From: a virus
Taxonomy: Duplodnaviria; Caudoviricetes
Length of the DNA stretch: 38,495 nt
IMG/VR virus record: IMGVR_UViG_3300005805_000209
Location: 1-38,495 of that record
Direction: 5' to 3' (one strand)
Shown: in pieces, positions 8,092-18,238 of the stretch
Position numbering within the stretch: position 1 is the stretch's first letter
Layout of the letters: every line of letters starts with the position of its first letter
Made by a program: the position numbers and the translations under genes
Notes under the pieces: generated by a model
The model's input: only the letters and a program-made list of their open reading frames with translations
Database searches by the model: none
Told to the model about the DNA's origin: nothing

Positions 8092-10012
8092 GTTTATACC
8101 TAACCAAGCTGCACTATTCGAGAACCCAATCGGAACGCAGCCTTGTCTGAATAACGACCCCAAAGCCTACGCTCAGCTGGCTCAGCCTGGTGACACCTTG
8201 TGCGTGCAGTGGAAGATGTTGCCCTGCGTGGAGGATATCAGCTGTGAGCCGAACATGGTTCAAGATCCGCTCGGTGGTGACCAGCTATTCGCGTGGAATA
8301 CTACCAACGGATGGACTAGCTCAGCTTCAGACAATGCCAGCTACGATGGTAGCGGCGGTGCAGGGGTATGCGACCAGACAATCAACGGTCTTACTGTCGG
8401 AGCGGTTTACAAGTACACGCTTGAAGTGACCAATGCTACTGGAGCGGTATCGCTGGAGGTTGCCTTCGGACTAGATGTGCGCGGACCTATCACCGAGCCT
8501 GGAGTCTACACGTACTACTTCGTATGTGTCAACGCTACGACTACTGTGACCTTGCTCATGGATAGCCTCGCCGTGAATCCTGGTGACCTGATGGACATCA
8601 TAAACATGTCTATTGTTCAACAGACTACCTGCTGGCTCGATGGACTGAGCAGCGGTGTGGCATCGTGGTCATACAGCTATGATAACGGCGTGGGCAAGTT
8701 CTGCTCGTTGAACTTCAACGGCGGAGACCTGACCAACAACGCAGCATACACAACCGCTGGCAACTACCACCGCGTGACATTCACCGTGTCGGGCTGGTCG
8801 CAAGGTTCGGTATCGGTGACTATCGGAGGCACGCTGATCGGCACGGTCTCCGGTGAGGGTGAGTTCCAGCTCTACGGCGTTCCTGCCAACGGTTCGGGTG
8901 AGTTGGTGTTCGGCAAGGTTGACCTGTTTGACGGTTGCATCTCGAATGTGAGTGTAGATGATTACTACGTGCTGGCAGACCGCTACAACGTATGGCTGTC
9001 GGACACTACCAACACGATTGCCACAGGCACATTCGAGCCTACGTTCTACGAGGATAGGGCTATCTTCTGTAAGACCTGGAACGAGCTCGACCCGACTGTG
9101 ACAGGTGACTGCGACTACTTCAAGGTTACGATTCAGGAGACCTGCGATGATGAAACCTACGACATCTACCACAGCGTGAACCTATTCAGCTACAACCTCA
9201 ATGGGTGGGACTGCTCAAAGGTGATGGAAGCGTGGAGCGATGGGTTCGCCTATGGCTTCTACTTCGGAGATGTTGACAATCCTGACTTCAAACTACGCCA
9301 ACGCCTGCGGGTGTTGCAGTTCGCACCGAAGTACCCCAACGTAGGTGAGGAGTACCTGTATAGCAATGGCAGCACACAGCGTAGCTATGCTGAAGCCAGC
9401 AAGCGGCGCATCTGTTGGTTTGACTACATTGATGAGAACGCTCACGATACGGTTCGGATTCAGTTGCTGTGTCAGAAGCTGTTCATCGACAACTACGCGT
9501 TCTACTTCCCAACAGCGGACTATGAGCCTGAGTGGGCGGAGAATGGTAAGTACAACCTTGCGCAGTCTCGTATTGAACTGGAGCACGAGCAGACGCTGTT
9601 CGGAGTGACTTGCGGTACGCAGAGTGCCAATGCGATATGTCCGCCGGAGATTGTGTTCGCGAATTACAGCAAGGTGCAGTTGTATGGTATTATGGACTTG
9701 ACTGGCATGACGCTGACGGCTGTTGGTTATAATACATCATCTGTAACAGTTGCAGGAGCTTATACTATCGCAGGTAGTGGAGGTCTATACAATGTCACAT
9801 TACTTGCGGGTCGTGCTGCGTTATTGACTGCTATACAAGCATGGTTTGATACCTTATTCTCAGTCACAAGCACTGGGACATGTACACTAGCAGGCAATGT
9901 TCTAACAATCAATATTGAAGGCAATCTAGACCAGCCAGTACCTCAGCCGAGCGGTGCATTACTATTGACTGATAACTCCGTCTCTGTTGCCCTTAGCACC
10001 ATACACTCATGA
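8081..10012 (+). CDS. Cys-rich tail / receptor-binding structural protein
   Basis: 643 aa beta-sandwich-like, about 18 Cys, in the tail module. Confidence 0.6.
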   Translation: MPIEFIPNQAALFENPIGTQPCLNNDPKAYAQLAQPGDTLCVQWKMLPCVEDISCEPNMVQDPLGGDQLFAWNTTNGWTSSASDNASYDGSGGAGVCDQTINGLTVGAVYKYTLEVTNATGAVSLEVAFGLDVRGPITEPGVYTYYFVCVNATTTVTLLMDSLAVNPGDLMDIINMSIVQQTTCWLDGLSSGVASWSYSYDNGVGKFCSLNFNGGDLTNNAAYTTAGNYHRVTFTVSGWSQGSVSVTIGGTLIGTVSGEGEFQLYGVPANGSGELVFGKVDLFDGCISNVSVDDYYVLADRYNVWLSDTTNTIATGTFEPTFYEDRAIFCKTWNELDPTVTGDCDYFKVTIQETCDDETYDIYHSVNLFSYNLNGWDCSKVMEAWSDGFAYGFYFGDVDNPDFKLRQRLRVLQFAPKYPNVGEEYLYSNGSTQRSYAEASKRRICWFDYIDENAHDTVRIQLLCQKLFIDNYAFYFPTADYEPEWAENGKYNLAQSRIELEHEQTLFGVTCGTQSANAICPPEIVFANYSKVQLYGIMDLTGMTLTAVGYNTSSVTVAGAYTIAGSGGLYNVTLLAGRAALLTAIQAWFDTLFSVTSTGTCTLAGNVLTINIEGNLDQPVPQPSGALLLTDNSVSVALSTIHS

Positions 10013-10866
10013 CCCGCGGCATCCTAACCATTGCGCTCAAGCATCCAATCTACGGCAGGTTCGCTTACAACCTAGCACTGTCAATCAAGTCGGCAGACCC
10101 GCACCAGCATATCTCCGTGATAGCCGATGAGGTCGCTCTGTCGCACCTCCACGAAGGTCAGCGCATGATATTCGACCGCATCATAACGCCCAACCCTGAG
10201 CACTGCACAGTCGATGGCAAGCTCCTGCCGCTGATATGCAAATTCGCACTCCATGAGCTGACACCCTACATTGAGGAGACCCTGTTCGTAGACTCCGATA
10301 TGCTGTTCAGCCCGATGTGCGACTTCAACAAGCTCTGGTCGGAGATGCAAGATGTCGAATGGACAATGGCAAACCGAGGCGAAAACAAGCCCGACAAGGG
10401 TATCTCCGAGTGGGTGGACTCAGGCAAACTGAAGGAAGCCTATCCCGAAGTCACCCAATGGTACGACCTCAGCTCCGAGTGGATATACTGGAAGCACACA
10501 CCCAAAGCCGAGAGTATCTTTGTATCAGCTCGGATGTTCTACGATGAAGGCAAACTGCTCACAAGGCAGTTCGCTGGAGACAAGCCTGACGAGCCGTTCT
10601 TCAATCTGGCACTTGACCTACACAAGCACGCACCGCACAAGGCTCCCTGGCAACCGACCTACTGGCAGCCAGCAATCCGCAAGGTGCTATCGGCAATGGA
10701 AATCAAGCGGCAATACTACGCCTTCAGCGCAGGAGGCAATCACCTGCCACCGCAGCAACAGCGGGTCTATGACGAACTGTTGCGAAACGCATCCTACCGG
10801 ATGAACATGAACGGAATGAAGATTCCACACAAGCGTAGTCAACTAAAAGAACGTACACTCATATAA
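10009..10866 (+). CDS. GT-A fold glycosyltransferase (nucleotide-diphospho-sugar transferase)
   Basis: K..L.ELTPY.ETLFVDSD (DxD motif); DEPFFNLAL. Confidence 0.7.
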   Translation: MTRGILTIALKHPIYGRFAYNLALSIKSADPHQHISVIADEVALSHLHEGQRMIFDRIITPNPEHCTVDGKLLPLICKFALHELTPYIEETLFVDSDMLFSPMCDFNKLWSEMQDVEWTMANRGENKPDKGISEWVDSGKLKEAYPEVTQWYDLSSEWIYWKHTPKAESIFVSARMFYDEGKLLTRQFAGDKPDEPFFNLALDLHKHAPHKAPWQPTYWQPAIRKVLSAMEIKRQYYAFSAGGNHLPPQQQRVYDELLRNASYRMNMNGMKIPHKRSQLKERTLI

Positions 10867-12791
10867 TGCCAGCTGTAAGCCCTTCCTTTCTTGAACCATA
10901 CATCCTTAACAAGTACCGCCACGAAGACTATGATGATGCGGTGGAGATGTACGAGCAGCTTGAAACACATGCCGATGGTGAGTATCCCGCGCGACTCATT
11001 GACGAGCGTAGACCTGCCGAGAGCGATGAAATCAAGCACTATCGCAAGAAGATATTCGTGCCGATAACTAAGCCGGTGTTCACCAAGGTCTATAACTCCT
11101 TGATGAAGATTCGCAAGAGCCAGGACTGGACTATCGACTTCCCAGCTGAAGTGCCTGCTCGTATTCCGGAAGGTGAAACACCTAAGACCTACCTGATGCG
11201 CAACATGCCGCGCAACGGTAGCATTACGAACTGGATGTTCAGCGTATGCTTTAAGCAGTACCTCATTGACGCGAACGCAGTTGTGCTTACTCTGCCGACC
11301 AACTTTGAAGTACCTGCAAACCAATACTTCGAGCCATACCCGATGATATTCAACTCACCGGATGTGCTTGACTACAAGGAAGGCCTGTACTATGTTCTGA
11401 AGGAGCACGATGAGCCTGTGTACTGGGTGATACAACCCGATGTGATTCAACGCTTCAGAGTCAAGGACCACGAAGCACGTGAGGAGTTCAACATCGTGAA
11501 CACGCTCGGTTACATGCCAGTGCGTCACCTGTACGGTATGTTCATTGAGAACTACAAGGACCGCGCTCTGTATGAGTCACGCATCAGCGGTATCGTACCG
11601 AAGATGGATGAAGCCTTGCGTGAGTATAGTGACCTGCAAGCGGAGATTGTGCAGCACATCCATTCTACGATGTGGGCGATGCAACCGCAGCAGTGTGGCA
11701 GATGTAAGGGTGTGGGTGAGATTCCAAGAGAGAATTCCGCACCAGTACAGTGTCCGTCCTGCTCTGGCAAAGGACTTATGCCTCTCAATCCGTTCGAGCA
11801 CTTGTTGCTTGCCGCGCCGCGTCCTGGTGACCCTGCCATCCCTACGCCTCCAATCGGCTACGTTCAGAAGCAGACTGAAATCGCAAGGCTGCAAGAGGAG
11901 CGCATCCGCCAGCATATCTACGACAGCTTGAGTGCTATCAACATGGAGTTCCTTGCTGATACTCCTATCGCACAGAGCGGTGTATCTAAGCAGGTTGACC
12001 GTGAGGAGCTGTACAGCTTCGTGCACTCTATCGCTGAAGATGTTGTGCGCATCATGGATGAAGTGATATACGACATCTGCTCATGGAGGTATATCGGTAT
12101 TGTGCCGGATGTGAACGTACTAAGACCATACATCCCAGTACCTGAGCGGTACGACATCCTGAGTGGGAAGGTGCTTGTGGAGGAGCTTGCACAGATGACT
12201 ACGGCAAAGGTTGACCCTGCAATTATCAACGCGGCACAAATTGAACTGGCGGCTAAGAAGTTCAACGATTCAATGGTCAAGGACCACGTAGTATTGAAGC
12301 TGAAGCTCGACCCATTCGCGGGTGTGAGTGAGGAGGCTATTGCTATGCAGAAGACCTTTGATGCCATCAACAAGAATGACCTTGTGATACATGCCAACAT
12401 CAATAAGTTTGTGAGCCGTGCGTTAGATAACATTCAAGGCTTCAGTGAACTCAGCTACGATGAGCAGATGGAAATCATGACTCAGTATGCTGAAGAGTTG
12501 ACTAAGCCCAAGACACTTGCCATCTCAGTTGAAGGTGAAGAGGTGACTAATAGTATTGATGAGAAGCGACTCGAGGCACAGGCTAACCTCAAAGGAACTG
12601 TCGGAGGTGTCCAAGGTATTCTTGAGATTCAGTCTAGTGTGTCTAAGGGTATCACTGATAGGGATGCAGCTATTGCCTTGTTGCGTGAGATCTACGGATT
12701 CACAGACCAGCAAGCCGCAGCCATCATCGGTAACCCGAAGCCTATTCAAGAAATCGCTCAGCAGAATGTTAGCGTGAGTGCATCCGTATAA
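10866..12791 (+). CDS. Portal protein with inserted CxxCxGxG zinc motif
   Basis: 641 aa immediately upstream of minor head, scaffold and MCP; CGRCKGVG...CPSCSGKG. Confidence 0.7.
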   Translation: MPAVSPSFLEPYILNKYRHEDYDDAVEMYEQLETHADGEYPARLIDERRPAESDEIKHYRKKIFVPITKPVFTKVYNSLMKIRKSQDWTIDFPAEVPARIPEGETPKTYLMRNMPRNGSITNWMFSVCFKQYLIDANAVVLTLPTNFEVPANQYFEPYPMIFNSPDVLDYKEGLYYVLKEHDEPVYWVIQPDVIQRFRVKDHEAREEFNIVNTLGYMPVRHLYGMFIENYKDRALYESRISGIVPKMDEALREYSDLQAEIVQHIHSTMWAMQPQQCGRCKGVGEIPRENSAPVQCPSCSGKGLMPLNPFEHLLLAAPRPGDPAIPTPPIGYVQKQTEIARLQEERIRQHIYDSLSAINMEFLADTPIAQSGVSKQVDREELYSFVHSIAEDVVRIMDEVIYDICSWRYIGIVPDVNVLRPYIPVPERYDILSGKVLVEELAQMTTAKVDPAIINAAQIELAAKKFNDSMVKDHVVLKLKLDPFAGVSEEAIAMQKTFDAINKNDLVIHANINKFVSRALDNIQGFSELSYDEQMEIMTQYAEELTKPKTLAISVEGEEVTNSIDEKRLEAQANLKGTVGGVQGILEIQSSVSKGITDRDAAIALLREIYGFTDQQAAAIIGNPKPIQEIAQQNVSVSASV

Positions 12792-13711
12792 TGGCCAAAG
12801 CAGACCTGATTCTTGAGGACTTACTGAGCCTCATTGAGACGCGTATCGACTCGTTTAACGAGAAGATGCCAAAGGTTCAGCGTGATGCCTATAACGTAAT
12901 CCTAGACCTCACCGGAGACCTTGAGACTTCCAATGGTCGCATCAAAGCGACTATGAAGAACATCAAGCTGATTAGCAAGATAAAGCAACAGCTATCCAAG
13001 GTAATCTTTACCAAAGAGTATGAGGAAGAACTTGACAAGATTGTCAAGACATACGGCGAAATCACTAAACTCCAGAATCAATACTTTACTGCGGAAATCG
13101 GCAAGTTCACTGTGCCGAAGGTGTTGGCCGAGGTCCAACAGCTCGCAATCGAAGGAGTAGTAGATGCCATGGGTCTTGATGCCGTTGGGGTCAATGTAAT
13201 CAGTCCGGTGCGTGACATCCTGGTCAAGAACGTAACCACAGGCGGCAGCAAGGCGGAGTTCCTTGACGAGGTTCGGGAGTACCTTCTAGACACCGAGCGC
13301 GGTGATGGCAAGCTAGTGAAGTACACCAAGCAGATTGTCACCGATAGTCTGAACCAGTACAGTGCCAACTACACGCAGATAGTCTCGGATGACCTTGGCC
13401 TTGAGTGGTTCAAGTACGTAGGCTCCAACAAGGAGACCACACGCCCCTTCTGCAAGGCTCTGACAGATGCGAAACAAACCTGCATGCCTTTCATCCATCG
13501 CAGTCAGTTGCCGGAGATTGTCGAAGGTCAAATCTGTGGGGAGCAGGTTCCGATCTACGACAAGACAGGACTGCCGCACGGTATGATACCAGGAACCAAC
13601 GCAGTCAACTTTCCAATCAACCGAGGCGGCTACAACTGCAACCACCAGCTAGTGCCGGTATCGGCAGCTCTGGTACCCAAGGCTCTGCGAGATGAGTTTA
13701 AGGGTAGGTAG
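12791..13711 (+). CDS. Minor capsid / head morphogenesis protein (SPP1 gp7 / Mu F-like)
   Basis: WFKYVG...TRPFC...GGYNCNHQLVPV motif; position after portal. Confidence 0.8.
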   Translation: MAKADLILEDLLSLIETRIDSFNEKMPKVQRDAYNVILDLTGDLETSNGRIKATMKNIKLISKIKQQLSKVIFTKEYEEELDKIVKTYGEITKLQNQYFTAEIGKFTVPKVLAEVQQLAIEGVVDAMGLDAVGVNVISPVRDILVKNVTTGGSKAEFLDEVREYLLDTERGDGKLVKYTKQIVTDSLNQYSANYTQIVSDDLGLEWFKYVGSNKETTRPFCKALTDAKQTCMPFIHRSQLPEIVEGQICGEQVPIYDKTGLPHGMIPGTNAVNFPINRGGYNCNHQLVPVSAALVPKALRDEFKGR

Positions 13712-13717
13712 TAGCCT

Positions 13718-13725
13718 TATCTTTG
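13718..13725 (+). promoter_or_regulatory. Bacteroidota -7 promoter box TATCTTTG
   Basis: Exact TAnnTTTG match in the intergenic gap, 4 nt before ATG 13730. Confidence 0.65.
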
Positions 13726-13729
13726 TCAT

Positions 13730-13987
13730 ATGAAACAGCAATTCCTACAAGTATGGAAGGACGGTGAGTTGTGGTACGAGTTCCCAGCTGAGAACGAGGA
13801 CAATGTACGCGCCGACCTGATGAATAAGAACCTTGACCGCATCTGCGAAATCAAGGCTCCGGTAGCCGATGTTCAAGTGCTCAAGGCTAACATAGCCAAG
13901 CAGGAGACTATCGTAGAGCTACCATCACCCAAGGCTACCAAGCCCACTAAATCAGTACAACCAAAGGCCGCGAAGGCAAAACCATGA
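13730..13987 (+). CDS. Hypothetical protein with Lys/Pro-rich tail
   Basis: 85 aa; ATGA coupling to the scaffold gene. Confidence 0.7.
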   Translation: MKQQFLQVWKDGELWYEFPAENEDNVRADLMNKNLDRICEIKAPVADVQVLKANIAKQETIVELPSPKATKPTKSVQPKAAKAKP

Positions 13988-14859
13988 CTTTAGCTGAATA
14001 TATCCAGAACATCTCCGAGCGCATCGGCATTGACAATGCAGACGAAGCACTCAAGGCTATTGTAACCAACCCAGCACTGAGCTCAATCAGTATCCCACAG
14101 CACATCGTGAGCGGTACCAATGCCAAGCTCATGACCGAGGATGAGGCCAAGTACAACCCGACTGTGAAGAAGCACTTCACCGGTACTGCCTTGAACACCA
14201 TCGACATCAAGATCAAGGATGTGCTTGACGAGTACAACTTTGACGATGAAACCAAGACGGCTATCCTTTCGGAGACTTCTACTTACAATCGCATCCCGCT
14301 TCTTGCGAAGGCTATTGCGGATGTGCGAGAGAAGGCTATATCCGCAACAGGCGGGGAGAAAAAGGCCCTACTCGACAAAGTACAGGAACTTCAACAAGCG
14401 TTGAACGTAGAGCGTGAATCACGCAGAGCAGACCTCGACAAGGTCAACTCTCAGTGGCAATCGCAGCTGACCGACAAAGAGCTGCAAGGCATCTTCAACG
14501 GTTACGACTACGCGCTGGACCTGGACAAGGATGTGACTATCACAACTGCTCGGAATTTGTGGGAGAAGAAACTCCGCGACAAGGGCGGCAAGTATGTATA
14601 CACCAACGAAGGACTCAAGCTGGTAAGTGCCGAGCACCCAGACTTGCCCTTCACGATTGATAACAAACCTGTGGAACTGCGCACCTTCACTGACAGCGTA
14701 CTGGCTGAGGCTCGTATGCTGAAGGTCAAGGGTGAAGCGCAACCCGCACCTGGGCCAGTGCCGACACCTATGCCGGTCAACAAGCCCATCGCTCCTGCCG
14801 CTAAGACGCAGACCTCTAAGGCTCTGGCGGACTTCAAAGCAGGCAGCTCACTGGTATGA
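13984..14859 (+). CDS. Capsid scaffolding protein
   Basis: Coiled-coil, Pro-rich C-terminus, directly upstream of MCP; no prohead protease seen. Confidence 0.65.
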   Translation: MTLAEYIQNISERIGIDNADEALKAIVTNPALSSISIPQHIVSGTNAKLMTEDEAKYNPTVKKHFTGTALNTIDIKIKDVLDEYNFDDETKTAILSETSTYNRIPLLAKAIADVREKAISATGGEKKALLDKVQELQQALNVERESRRADLDKVNSQWQSQLTDKELQGIFNGYDYALDLDKDVTITTARNLWEKKLRDKGGKYVYTNEGLKLVSAEHPDLPFTIDNKPVELRTFTDSVLAEARMLKVKGEAQPAPGPVPTPMPVNKPIAPAAKTQTSKALADFKAGSSLV

Positions 14860-14953
14860 GTCTGATGCAAGCACGATAGGCCGCAAGGCAACACAAGAGG
14901 GCGTTAGCCAACACAACTAAGCGGATTCAAATTCTTCTTAATAATCCACTAAA

Positions 14954-16090
14954 ATGGCAAACGGATATTGCGAAGCCCTCTTGCTTCACCTTGATAGCAT
15001 TGCGGGTCAAAACTACCCAGGCCAGAAGGTAACCATCCCTGGCTTCTTGAACATGCTGGTCACCCAGCCTGACCGTCCTACTACACTTCAGGACGGCTAC
15101 CGTGAAGGTCACTACCGCACGGTGAACGTGAAGTACATGCCACGCACTACTGTGTCTCAGGTTTCTACCTCTGACACTTGCGCGGTTGACGTCCTTCCAG
15201 CTTACAAAGAGACTTCAGTAAGCGTGAACAACATCGCGCAGACTGGTTTGTTCGTAACTGACGACCAGGTCAGATTGTACTGTGAGGAAGCTTCACGCAC
15301 AGTTGCTATTGGTCTGCCTCCAACTCAGATCATGACCGAGCACCTGCGTTCTATCCTCCACGCGATGAACGGCATCTACCAGAAGATGGAGAACGTGTTG
15401 ACTACCAGCATGGCTTCCAACTTCGGTAAGCACGTAGCTACTGGAACAGCAACTGCGGTAACTGTAAACATCGAGCAGGACGGTACCTTGAACGACCTCG
15501 GAACAGGTCTGACCAAGCTCCTGACTGACGCTGCTGCAAACGAGTTCTGCGGTACTCCTTCATTCGTTGGAGCACTCGGTTCACTCATGCACGCATACGC
15601 TATCCAGAAGCAGCGCAACGCCTTCGGACTGGCATCAGCCGGTGTTGACTTCGCCAGCATGAACAATGACTTCAACTTCTTCGCTTCCGGTCAGACTGGT
15701 TCTACTTGGGGTGCACAGCACGTTGGTATGTTCGCTCCTGGTTCAGTTCACCTGGTAGAGCGTCAGGACAACGTTGGTAGCTTCGCAGGTCAGCGCGGTG
15801 CATCTTTCTTCACCACTATCGTAGACCCACGCACTCAGTGCTGGACTCCGAACGGTCTGGGCAACATCGCCTTCGACTTGCAGGTGAAGTACATCGACTG
15901 CCCAGAAGACCTCGGTTCTAACCTTGCAAACGGTTACATCAACGAGGCTTCAATCTCTGCGGCTCGCGGATACGTTCTGCTCATCAAGAAGCGTTACGGA
16001 TTGTTTACAATTCCGACTGATGCTTACGATGGAGCTGACCGTCTGGCTGGTTCTAACGGTTCACTCCGTTACGCAATCACCAACAGCTAA
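14954..16090 (+). CDS. Major capsid protein
   Basis: 378 aa, strongly biased codon usage, after the scaffold gene and followed by a terminator. Confidence 0.8.
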   Translation: MANGYCEALLLHLDSIAGQNYPGQKVTIPGFLNMLVTQPDRPTTLQDGYREGHYRTVNVKYMPRTTVSQVSTSDTCAVDVLPAYKETSVSVNNIAQTGLFVTDDQVRLYCEEASRTVAIGLPPTQIMTEHLRSILHAMNGIYQKMENVLTTSMASNFGKHVATGTATAVTVNIEQDGTLNDLGTGLTKLLTDAAANEFCGTPSFVGALGSLMHAYAIQKQRNAFGLASAGVDFASMNNDFNFFASGQTGSTWGAQHVGMFAPGSVHLVERQDNVGSFAGQRGASFFTTIVDPRTQCWTPNGLGNIAFDLQVKYIDCPEDLGSNLANGYINEASISAARGYVLLIKKRYGLFTIPTDAYDGADRLAGSNGSLRYAITNS

Positions 16091-16100
16091 GATTCAATCT

Positions 16101-16131
16101 AAGGGGTGGGGGGCAACCTCCACCCTTTATT
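16101..16131 (+). terminator. Rho-independent terminator after MCP
   Basis: GGGTGGGGG-GCAA-CCTCCACCC then TTTATT. Confidence 0.75.
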
Positions 16132-16142
16132 AAACCACTCAC

Positions 16143-17144
16143 ATGCACTGTCTTCAGGATTACATCGGTCTCAGAGGTTGCGGCACTACAACGCCGCCTT
16201 CAGGCTTATACATCAATGACCTGCCAGGCATCAGCCTCAAGCAGCTTGTCGCACTCACCAACGAGGAGGAGGCTACCTATGTAGACCTGTGGAACATGAT
16301 TCAACGCAGGGCGCAGAATCGCTTTAACCTTGATGTGAGGCAGGCAATGGGTAACCATTACAAGATGAAGAGCTTGCTCCAAGGCATCAACTTGGGCAAC
16401 GTAATCGGTAGCACTACATCAGCTTCGACTGACTATCTCGGCTTCACCATTGAGCTGATTGAGTCACCGGACTATCAGTATGTGCCTTCACCGCTTGCAA
16501 GCATTCACATCCAAGACCTGTACTACTATGCACCTCCTGGTCAAGGCATCCTGACTGTTGACTTGCATGTGCAGGACATCAATACAGGTCAAATCCTTTG
16601 GAATGAGGTGGCGAATGTCACTGACGGATGGAACACTATCCCTGTGAACACTACGTTCCATAACAACTACGCAGTCAATTCTTGGCAGCTAGTAGTGTAC
16701 TTCGACACGCTGAACGCTCAGACGGTCGTAGACATGAACCTGCCATTCAACCATACGATTCCAGGATGCTGCGATGTGCGCATCCAAGGTGCAGCCTTCA
16801 ACAGCGGCCAACCTGTGACCTATTCAAGCAGCACAAGCGGACTCTCCGGTACGTTCACTATCGTGTGCAACTGGGAGTCTCTGATTTGTCAGAACAAGAC
16901 CGTGTTCAGCCGCGCCTACTGGTTCTTGCTGGGTATTGAGTTACTGACCGAGCAACTGTACAGCACTAAACTCAATCAGTTCACTACTGTCAACCTGCAA
17001 AGGTGCAAGGAGCTGCGTGAGGAGTACCAGGTCGAATACATGAAAGCACTGGAGCAGATTGCAGGCGGATTCAAGCTGGCATGCGATTGCTGCATCGAGT
17101 GTAATGAGCAAGTTCAACTTCGTGAAACCACTCAATTCTACTAA
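16143..17144 (+). CDS. Head-tail adaptor-like structural protein (Cys-rich)
   Basis: Position after MCP; 11 Cys including CDCCIEC. Confidence 0.6.
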   Translation: MHCLQDYIGLRGCGTTTPPSGLYINDLPGISLKQLVALTNEEEATYVDLWNMIQRRAQNRFNLDVRQAMGNHYKMKSLLQGINLGNVIGSTTSASTDYLGFTIELIESPDYQYVPSPLASIHIQDLYYYAPPGQGILTVDLHVQDINTGQILWNEVANVTDGWNTIPVNTTFHNNYAVNSWQLVVYFDTLNAQTVVDMNLPFNHTIPGCCDVRIQGAAFNSGQPVTYSSSTSGLSGTFTIVCNWESLICQNKTVFSRAYWFLLGIELLTEQLYSTKLNQFTTVNLQRCKELREEYQVEYMKALEQIAGGFKLACDCCIECNEQVQLRETTQFY

Positions 17145-17145
17145 G

Positions 17146-17187
17146 ATGTGCGGATGTAAAGGCAAGCCACGCGGCGGCAAACGATGA
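17146..17187 (+). CDS. 13-aa micro-ORF MCGCKGKPRGGKR
   Basis: Fills the gap exactly: starts 1 nt after the upstream stop, ATGA overlap downstream. Confidence 0.5.
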   Translation: MCGCKGKPRGGKR

Positions 17188-17624
17188 TAACTACAACTGT
17201 AGATGTGAGCGCACTCGCTCAGTTAGGCACGAAGATGCTGACACTGCAACAGGCCGACAGCTTGCTGCGTGAGGTCAGCACCTCCATGCTGGCTGTGACT
17301 AGGGAGCGCATACATGAGCAAGGGTTGAACGCATCAGGGAGTCAGATCGGTGAATACTCCGACCGGTACCTCAAGCTGCGTGAGTCCAACAACCTAGGGA
17401 CAGACCGCACTGTGCGTTTGTTCTTCACAGGTCAGATGCAGAATGACTACTCGGTAGTTGACCTCAGTGATACCGAGTACGCTCTAGGTTACCAGAACCA
17501 GCTCAATGCCGACAAGGCTGATTGGGCTGAGGATAGGTTCGGTAAGATCTTCGCACTCACAGACGGTGAGCTTGACCAAGTTCGTGCAATAGTTTCAAAG
17601 TTCGTACAACAAGCCTTCAAGTAA
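17184..17624 (+). CDS. Neck / tail-completion (virion morphogenesis) protein
   Basis: YS..Y...R...VRLFFTGQM motif; position in the neck cluster. Confidence 0.65.
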   Translation: MITTTVDVSALAQLGTKMLTLQQADSLLREVSTSMLAVTRERIHEQGLNASGSQIGEYSDRYLKLRESNNLGTDRTVRLFFTGQMQNDYSVVDLSDTEYALGYQNQLNADKADWAEDRFGKIFALTDGELDQVRAIVSKFVQQAFK

Positions 17625-18226
17625 TGCCCTACATAAACGAGATTGTAAGCATCATCAATACTACGCTGGCAACTGGCAAGCTAAGCGATGACAAGCGGTT
17701 CGTGCGTCAACTGCATGGACTCAGCGAGACCTTGCCACGCAACTACAACAACGCACAAGATGGCATCCCTACCCTAGTGGATGTCAACGGAGGCACGATG
17801 TTCAGCGGGTTTAACGATGCGTACAGCATAGTGATATACCACCGCTGTCTGTCTACCAACATCGTAGAAGCTCCGGTGCAGTTCGGTGACGGCAACAACG
17901 CAGCTCGTGAGGAGGCATCCATGCGCATGATCGTGTGGGCTGACCGTCTGAAGACCAAGCTCCAGCCGCAACAGCTCAGCTTCCTGTTGACATCGGCAGT
18001 GCAACAGCAACTCATGTACACGCAGATCAGCTCCTACCCAGGTCTGTATGGCGTGACCATTGAAGCAGACCGCACCAACTACGATGGCGTGGCTATCTGG
18101 CAGCAAGAGTACAAGCTACCGGCGGCTACCTATCCTGTGCATCCTACACACATATACCTTGCATTAGATTATACCATAGTAACAGATTATGACGTGACTT
18201 GCATCAGTGATTGTCCAACCTGTTAA
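17624..18226 (+). CDS. Tail terminator-like protein
   Basis: Precedes the tail tube gene; ends CISDCPTC. Confidence 0.55.
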   Translation: MPYINEIVSIINTTLATGKLSDDKRFVRQLHGLSETLPRNYNNAQDGIPTLVDVNGGTMFSGFNDAYSIVIYHRCLSTNIVEAPVQFGDGNNAAREEASMRMIVWADRLKTKLQPQQLSFLLTSAVQQQLMYTQISSYPGLYGVTIEADRTNYDGVAIWQQEYKLPAATYPVHPTHIYLALDYTIVTDYDVTCISDCPTC

Positions 18227-18238
18227 AAACTACTAACA

